Positions 59,233-64,000 of a DNA stretch of 64,000 bases are shown here, piece by piece. Numbering within the stretch: position 1 is the stretch's first letter; the number at the start of each line of letters is the position of its first letter. This DNA is from a virus. Below the pieces are notes generated by a model. The model did no database searches. It was not told the DNA's origin and worked only from the letters and a program-made list of their open reading frames with translations. A program made the translations under genes and the position numbers. The DNA lies in IMG/VR virus record IMGVR_UViG_3300032288_005197, positions 1-64,000 of that record; one strand, 5' to 3'.

Positions 59233-59541
59233 TTAGTCTTTTTTAGGCTCGTCATCCATCATGACGTTTGCATCAACGACAGGGGCATTAGCTTCTCCGT
59301 TTTCGTCATCCGTCATGTGAACTGCTGCGTCCGCTTCAGGCTCATCATCAATAGGCTCTTGAGCTGGAACTGGCATATCGTCACCAGTCGGCTCATCGCT
59401 AATTGGCTCGTCCATTACAGTAGGCAGTTCGTCTTGCATTGGCTCAATTTCAGAAGCTGGCATCTCTGGGCCAACTTGACCTTGTGCATTCTGCTTCACG
59501 AAATCCTCAAAGCTTAAGATTGTACTGTTATTAGTCTCCAT
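59233..59541 (-). CDS. Acidic disordered putative internal head protein
   Basis: ILSFEDFVKQ; late motif at 59562-59569. Confidence 0.55.
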   Translation of the reverse strand: METNNSTILSFEDFVKQNAQGQVGPEMPASEIEPMQDELPTVMDEPISDEPTGDDMPVPAQEPIDDEPEADAAVHMTDDENGEANAPVVDANVMMDDEPKKD

Positions 59542-59576
59542 TTTAGTGAAATAATTTGAGTTTATTTATCTGGGAA

Positions 59577-59601
59577 ATTGGAACAATTTGAGCCTCGCTC
59601 T
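59577..59601. repeat. Left copy of an imperfect inverted repeat flanking the 59612-60370 gene
   Basis: ATTGGAACA-ATTT-GAGCCTCGCTCT on the plus strand matches ATTGGAACA-TA-GAGCCTCGCTCT on the minus strand at 60446-60468. Confidence 0.8.
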
Positions 59602-59611
59602 AGGCTAATTG

Positions 59612-60370
59612 TTATTCTGAGACTGGGGTTCCGCAATTAGGACAGAACTTCCAGCTTGATTTTTTGTGACGGGTGCCACAGCCTGTGCAGTACGAGCGGA
59701 TTTCTCCCATCTCGACAGGTTTTTTGCTCTCGGGCAAGATTTGCCACTCGGAGGTGACGCTAGCCCAATCGCTAAAGTTGCCGTAACCGTTTGAGAACTC
59801 CTGTTTTGAATCGGAGCCCTGCTCAACTCGACCAGTTTCAAAGGACCCGGCAATACTTGAATTGCAGTAGTTCAAGCTAGCTCCAATTGAGCTTGTGAAA
59901 GTCGCTGGGCTTGATGAGTATGTGATTGTGCTTGGATAAAGCTGCCAGTTGGTCGTGCCTGAATTGCTTTTCCAGGCTGGAGAGATCTCGTCGTAAAAGA
60001 ACACTTTGATCTTACCATTGTTTGCAACTGCTGCTTTCGCTTCAGCCGAATCCTCAACCTCGTAAGTTTCAAAGACAAGTTTCTTTGCTACGTCAATGAA
60101 CCTTTCAAGATAAACTCGTTGGCCTGGTTTCAGGATGATGCCTGCTTCCGAAAGCCATTGACCATTCACCATGATCTTTGCAAGTACTTGGGTTGTTTTT
60201 GGATTAAAGAGCTCAATTTCGAAATTTGAACCCGTTTTTAAGTAGACCGTGTGGCCGTATGCCTTTAGTCTTCCTCTGCTCTTTGTGATGTGAGCGGTTG
60301 GTTGTGGTTGACTGTTAAAAGTATTGAATACTGCAGTCGAACCACCTAGTGTGATTGTTTGTTGGTACAT
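59612..60370 (-). CDS. Hypothetical protein with C-terminal double-CxxC zinc ribbon
   Basis: FEIELFNP..LKPGQRVYLERF..FETY; CTGC..CPNCG; likely start MYQQ at 60370. Confidence 0.7.
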   Translation of the reverse strand: MYQQTITLGGSTAVFNTFNSQPQPTAHITKSRGRLKAYGHTVYLKTGSNFEIELFNPKTTQVLAKIMVNGQWLSEAGIILKPGQRVYLERFIDVAKKLVFETYEVEDSAEAKAAVANNGKIKVFFYDEISPAWKSNSGTTNWQLYPSTITYSSSPATFTSSIGASLNYCNSSIAGSFETGRVEQGSDSKQEFSNGYGNFSDWASVTSEWQILPESKKPVEMGEIRSYCTGCGTRHKKSSWKFCPNCGTPVSE

Positions 60371-60389
60371 AGTAGTTATGTTATTTTTG

Positions 60390-60468
60390 CGCATCTCATC
60401 GTAACCTTTAGCGATTACTCAAGGGCTCGTAAACCCGAGACGAACAGAGCGAGGCTCTATGTTCCAAT
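60390..60468 (-). ncRNA. Structured 5' leader: hairpin plus three-way junction, includes the right inverted repeat copy
   Basis: GAACAUAGAGC-CUC-GCUCUGUUC hairpin; CGUCUC/GAGAUG closing GGGUUU-ACG-AGCCC and GUAAUC-GCUAAA-GGUUAC. Confidence 0.55.
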
Positions 60469-60471
60469 AAT

Positions 60472-60498
60472 ATTTAACTAAGTTCCCTAAAAAAGTTT
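60472..60498 (-). promoter_or_regulatory. AAAC-N17-TTAAAT promoter
   Basis: Same class as 27105; places the start site near 60466. Confidence 0.5.
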
Positions 60499-60499
60499 T

Positions 60500-60895
60500 T
60501 TACTTTCGTATCCACTTATTTTCAGAGGTTAGAGTAAAACTGCCAATGAAGCAGTCTGCTTTGCCCCATTCCTGAGGTGATATGAGGCTCAGTGTGTTCG
60601 TTCCATCAAAATCATATAAATGATAGGTTTTTCCAACGATTGGATCAAACGATATTTTAGATTCCCAAACCATTAGCGAATCGTTGAATTCAGTTGTTAG
60701 TTTCGCAGCTCTTTCAATTAGCTCAACCCGTTCTCTCTCAAAAACGTCCATCATCTTTTTGGACGACTCTGTTCGAATTAATGATACGTTGGGTAATTTG
60801 AATGCCGGGGCACCAATATTGGTTGGATAGGGCTTAAGATTTGCATCGTATCCATTTTCTTCTGACCAAACAACTAAATCGGGTTTTTTACTCAT
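60500..60895 (-). CDS. DUF2452-like protein
   Basis: PYPTNIGAPAF..FDPIVGKTYHLY..LSLISPQEW. Confidence 0.7.
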   Translation of the reverse strand: MSKKPDLVVWSEENGYDANLKPYPTNIGAPAFKLPNVSLIRTESSKKMMDVFERERVELIERAAKLTTEFNDSLMVWESKISFDPIVGKTYHLYDFDGTNTLSLISPQEWGKADCFIGSFTLTSENKWIRK

Positions 60896-60912
60896 ATCAT
60901 TTTTACTCTACT

Positions 60913-61260
60913 TTAATATTTCACCACTTTGACGCTAAGCCCAGCCTTTTTCGCCAGCTCAATCATGTGGCCTGTGCCCTTGCTTTGACCGTCCCAGAAA
61001 CATATACAGGAGTCAGCGTACTGAGCCATTTCAGCATTTCTCTTGAATCCAGCAGCCTTTCCGAATCTTTCCCAATCCGCTGGAAATCTTTTGACTGGCA
61101 GGTCCTTATCGATTGCATAATGCTCTCCCAGAAGATCAGCACCCTTTGCTCCACCCGACACAATCTCAACTCCTGGAACTCCTGAGATTAGCTTGCCCAC
61201 TTCCTCGCATAACAAATCGTAGTTAACGAAATTTCTGCCTCCTGCAATTATGAGTTTCAT
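60913..61260 (-). CDS. SLOG/DUF2493 (YspA-like) protein
   Basis: IIAGGRNF, VSGGAKGAD, ADWERFGKAAG..RN..M, WDGQSKGT. Confidence 0.85.
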   Translation of the reverse strand: MKLIIAGGRNFVNYDLLCEEVGKLISGVPGVEIVSGGAKGADLLGEHYAIDKDLPVKRFPADWERFGKAAGFKRNAEMAQYADSCICFWDGQSKGTGHMIELAKKAGLSVKVVKY

Positions 61261-61493
61261 CCTTGCTCTTTCATTAGATGTTGAGGTAGTTCCGATTCAT
61301 TGAACGCTCGACATAGCCCAAAGTGGATCCATCGATTAATGAAATCGGTTGAATACTCGTTGGCATCAGTAATGACCTTTCCTTTGATTGGGTCAGATGA
61401 TGCCTTAACAATCCTTTCCTGACGTTTGCCTTCCGCAAACACAAGAACCATTCCTTTTTTCAGTTTCATTTGTATTAGTGTTTTCTGATCCAA
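61257..61493 (-). CDS. Hypothetical protein
   Basis: Short ORF with ATGA overlap to the next gene. Confidence 0.45.
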   Translation of the reverse strand: MDQKTLIQMKLKKGMVLVFAEGKRQERIVKASSDPIKGKVITDANEYSTDFINRWIHFGLCRAFNESELPQHLMKEQG

Positions 61494-61593
61494 AATACAA
61501 TCTTCTAACCTTCTCTCCTAGTTCCATGTCATTTGGAATCGTTTGGATAAGCTCAATAACTTTTTTGCTGAAGACTTCGTCGATTTTGCTCAT
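61405..61593 (-). CDS. Hypothetical protein
   Basis: PNDMELGEKVR motif. Confidence 0.5.
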   Translation of the reverse strand: MSKIDEVFSKKVIELIQTIPNDMELGEKVRRLYFGSENTNTNETEKRNGSCVCGRQTSGKDC

Positions 61594-61621
61594 AGTTTAA
61601 TCGATTATTTTATGCAATATT

Positions 61622-61825
61622 TTACCCAAATTTTGCAATACTTTTATATTTCTTTTTAATATCGTCGATCTCTTTCATGGCCTCGTTAAACTTATCCTTG
61701 ATCTCATCGTTAACTGTAAAATCCAATATCGTTTGACAGTTAGGACAGACTGAAACTGGATGTTTCATTATGAATTGTAGGTCTATGCCTAGGGGTGTTC
61801 TGCATGCTGGACAAGGTAATGCCAT
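61622..61825 (-). CDS. Small zinc-ribbon plus helix protein
   Basis: CPAC..CPNC followed by an amphipathic helix. Confidence 0.7.
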   Translation of the reverse strand: MALPCPACRTPLGIDLQFIMKHPVSVCPNCQTILDFTVNDEIKDKFNEAMKEIDDIKKKYKSIAKFG

Positions 61826-61826
61826 A

Positions 61827-62540
61827 CTAAGAAGTTTTGTCAGTATGACTTACATCATCTAATTTTTGAATCAACATTTCGACTAATCGAGAAACGGCTT
61901 CCGGCTTTTCGTCCTTCTTGAATTTAACTTTCACAGTTGCCATACCTGCTTTACTTTCTGAATTTGGTGCATTACTGTCAACTGCAATATTAGTTACAGT
62001 ATGAGTGTAATCCGACGCAGTTGAGACTCCAAGTAGTTTACAAGTTGCATCATCCGCTTCTCCAGTTTGAGGTATCTTGTGTTTTGCTTGGTAAATCTTT
62101 AGGGCTTCTCTACATTTAGGCCCAATCACTCCATCCACTCCGTTCTTGTTGGCTCCAGTTTTTCCAAGTAAAGTCTTATAAGGCTCTCCCAGTTTAACTA
62201 GGGCTTCTTGAACTCCACGGATAGTTTGAACCTCAATCTTCTTAAATATGGGTAAAACATTTTCTTTAAGACTCGATGGAGTCCTATCGTCTGAAGCTAA
62301 CAACCTAATATCGAAATTAATATCGAGTTCTTCTAGTCCCATTGAAGAATGGTCAGCTAGAATGTAGAGAGGAATGTCTATCTCCTTATCGCCGATTAGA
62401 AATTTTTTAGTAAGTGGTGTACCGTCCGGCGTAAAGTACTTTGAAATAGTATTTATGTGTTGTCTTTCCTGAATACCGAGAACGATTAATGCTGCTTCTT
62501 GTAGACCTCCCAGTAATTCTTCTAGATTAATTTTAGCCAT
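61827..62540 (-). CDS. DUF2589-like protein with an inserted peptidoglycan-binding domain
   Basis: IPLYILADHSSMGLEELDINF..PEAVSRL flank VQEALVKLG..VDGVIGPKCREALKIYQAKHKI..TGEADDAT. Confidence 0.7.
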   Translation of the reverse strand: MAKINLEELLGGLQEAALIVLGIQERQHINTISKYFTPDGTPLTKKFLIGDKEIDIPLYILADHSSMGLEELDINFDIRLLASDDRTPSSLKENVLPIFKKIEVQTIRGVQEALVKLGEPYKTLLGKTGANKNGVDGVIGPKCREALKIYQAKHKIPQTGEADDATCKLLGVSTASDYTHTVTNIAVDSNAPNSESKAGMATVKVKFKKDEKPEAVSRLVEMLIQKLDDVSHTDKTS

Positions 62541-62592
62541 AGGTATGCGATTTTATTAAAAATTATACTAATTAAGTGCAATTGGTTTAAAC

Positions 62593-62620
62593 AAAAAGAG
62601 ACCAGCTAAACTGGTCTCTT
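62593..62620 (-). terminator. Intrinsic terminator between the two DUF2589 genes
   Basis: AAAGAGACCAG-CTAAA-CTGGTCTCTTT. Confidence 0.8.
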
Positions 62621-62644
62621 TATGATTTAATATCAAACTATCGA

Positions 62645-63241
62645 TTACTTAGTTGGATCAACAGTAAGAGGAATTAAAGAAGGCTCTAACATTTGAGTCA
62701 AATAGTCAGAAAGCTTCAACATACCTTCAGTTGCAGGTAACTGCTCAGCGTGAACTTTTACGTTATACTTTGCTGAGTTATCCGTGCTACGAGTGTTCTC
62801 TTTGTGAGTTGCAACTTTACCAGCCATGCTCACCGAGTATTTCATACCCCAGAATCCGCCAGACGCAGAAGCTGAAAAAGATCCCTCTTTGTCTTCGCTT
62901 GATTTATCTACTTCTGAAGTTTTTACTTCCATCGTGAATTCGATATCAGCTGAAGTGATAGCCAATGAAGGAAGTGGAACCAAAGGTAACATAGGAACCT
63001 TTGAGTATAGAGTTTGAACTGATTGTTCACCAGTCGTACCGTCAGTAACAACGCGGTTCATTTGGACGTCCAAAGAACGAGCTTCAGTTTTACCTTCGTC
63101 ATTTTTTACGAATGCAACCTCAGAGATATATTTCCAAGTTACATCGTTTAGTTTTGCCTGACCTTTGGCCATGCCTACAATTGGAGATACTATTAGATCT
63201 TCAATCGGTAATCCAGCAAATTGTTGTGCTATGTCTGCCAT
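62645..63241 (-). CDS. DUF2589-like protein
   Basis: QFAGLPIEDLI..P..AKGQ, VPMLPLVPLPSLAI..IEFTMEV, NTRSTDNSAKYNVKVHA..EGMLKL. Confidence 0.8.
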   Translation of the reverse strand: MADIAQQFAGLPIEDLIVSPIVGMAKGQAKLNDVTWKYISEVAFVKNDEGKTEARSLDVQMNRVVTDGTTGEQSVQTLYSKVPMLPLVPLPSLAITSADIEFTMEVKTSEVDKSSEDKEGSFSASASGGFWGMKYSVSMAGKVATHKENTRSTDNSAKYNVKVHAEQLPATEGMLKLSDYLTQMLEPSLIPLTVDPTK

Positions 63242-63321
63242 TATTCTTGATTTTTTTATTATTTATCTAGGCAGTCTACTCCGAGTCGATGAAAATTACA
63301 GCTTGTTAATATTCAGTTAAT

Positions 63322-63398
63322 TGGTACACCCGGAGAGATTCGAACTCCCAACCCCTTCGTCCGTAGCGAAGTGCTCTAATCCGTTGAGCTACGGGTGC
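63322..63398 (-). tRNA. tRNA-Arg(ACG)
   Basis: Cloverleaf; anticodon arm CTTCG-CTACGGA-CGAAG; encoded CCA. Confidence 0.95.
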
Positions 63399-63403
63399 AA
63401 AAT

Positions 63404-63480
63404 TGGTGATCCCGACAGGGCTCGAACCTGTAACCCCCAGCTTAGAAGGCTGGTGCTCTATCCAGTTGAGCTACGGGACC
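63404..63480 (-). tRNA. tRNA-Arg(TCT)
   Basis: CCAGC-CTTCTAA-GCTGG; encoded CCA. Confidence 0.95.
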
Positions 63481-63503
63481 ATTTTTTGTTATTATACTAA
63501 ATC

Positions 63504-63592
63504 TGGCGGAGAGCGGAGGGATCGAACCTCATACGTTTTACCGTACGTCGCGCTTAGCAGGCGGACCCACTCGCCGTTGTGGATCACTCTCC
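63504..63592 (-). tRNA. tRNA-Ser(GCT), 8/4 fold
   Basis: 8-bp acceptor GGAGAGTG/CGCTCTCC, 4-bp T stem GAGG/CCTC, long variable arm, G73, CCA. Confidence 0.85.
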
Positions 63593-63593
63593 A

Positions 63594-63681
63594 TGGTACC
63601 TCAGGCCGGACTCGAACCGGCACGGACCTTACGGTCCACTAGATTTTAAGTCTAGCGTGGCTACCTTTACACCACTGAGGC
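63594..63681 (-). tRNA. tRNA-Leu(TAA)
   Basis: CTAGA-CTTAAAA-TCTAG; variable arm; CCA. Confidence 0.95.
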
Positions 63682-63686
63682 ATTCG

Positions 63687-63767
63687 TACCCAGAGTCGGA
63701 CTCGAACCGACACGTCTTTCGACACTAGTTCCTAAGACTAGCGCGGCTACCATTACGCCATCTGGGC
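63687..63767 (-). tRNA. tRNA-Leu(TAG)
   Basis: CTAGT-CTTAGGA-ACTAG; no encoded CCA. Confidence 0.93.
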
Positions 63768-63770
63768 AGA

Positions 63771-63848
63771 TGGGGTGACCGATGGGAATCGAACCCACGA
63801 CCTCTTGAACCACAATCAAGCGCTCTAACCAACTGAGCTACGGCCAAC
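63771..63848 (-). tRNA. tRNA-His(GTG)
   Basis: CTTGA-TTGTGGT-TCAAG; encoded G-1 and C73; CCA. Confidence 0.93.
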
Positions 63849-63849
63849 G

Positions 63850-63932
63850 CGGAAGAAGAGGGAATCGAACCCCCAAGGCTTTTACACCCAGCTGTTTTCA
63901 AGACAGTTTCCTCGTCCATTCGGACTCCTTCC
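63850..63932 (-). tRNA. tRNA-Ser(TGA), atypical
   Basis: ACTGT-CTTGAAA-ACAGC; long variable arm; G73; no CCA. Confidence 0.85.
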
Positions 63933-63941
63933 AATTTTTCG

Positions 63942-64000
63942 AGGTCAGTGTTGGAATCGAACCAACTCCGCAGATTTTGCAGACCTGCCGGCCTCCACGA
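63942..64000 (-). tRNA. tRNA-Cys(GCA), 5' end beyond the window
   Basis: GCAGGT-CTGCAAA-ATCTGC; T arm GTTGG-TTCGATT-CCAAC; U73. Confidence 0.85.

Noticed and set aside
60385-60443. Hammerhead ribozyme
   Set aside because: Topology is similar but the catalytic core CUGAUGA/GAAA is absent; kept only as an unknown structured RNA
59577-60468. IS/MITE, retron or invertible segment
   Set aside because: No transposase, reverse transcriptase or recombinase in the window, no target-site duplication, and the arms differ by an internal loop; DNA inversion is not fully excluded
1354-63017. Many antisense or alternate-frame ORFs in the track (e.g. 3163-3549, 5397-5801, 20387-20731, 39060-39407, 60841-61185)
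   Set aside because: They shadow motif-supported genes and have no motifs or initiation context of their own
63403-63934. ORFs 63403-63642 (+) and 63725-63934 (-)
   Set aside because: They overlap well-formed tRNA genes and are spurious translations
1-64000. Stop-codon reassignment or selenocysteine use
   Set aside because: Core genes are intact in the standard code, TAA, TAG and TGA all end genes, and no suppressor or Sec tRNA appears among the eight tRNAs seen

Overview
This 64 kb window comes from a large, AT-rich T4-like (jumbo) myophage, probably infecting Bacteroidota; that host is inferred from A-rich leaders without Shine-Dalgarno sites. Core genes include gp46, tail tube, major capsid, a protease-scaffold fusion, baseplate, neck, portal, gp4, UvsW/UvsY, primase and the C-terminal half of a split family B DNA polymerase. 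Accessory genes include a thymidylate-synthase homolog with the dCMP-specifying Asp next to a dCMP deaminase, three sugar modules (a late glycosyltransferase cassette, RfbH with an RmlD-DUF3431 fusion, and an ADP-heptose operon lacking GmhA), DnaJ, a ClpC without its N-domain, and a DUF2589 pair. A tRNA array starts at the right edge. Main observations: (1) a Zn-ribbon gene whose predicted mRNA 5' and 3' ends are complementary and whose leader holds a three-way junction; (2) about 18 proteins with a T4 capsid-targeting-like motif, four of which also share an ELxxMG motif; (3) a scaffold gene nested in the protease ORF with its own late promoter; (4) an 8/4-type tRNA-Ser; (5) two clear promoter classes. 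All calls come from reading motifs by eye; no searches were run.
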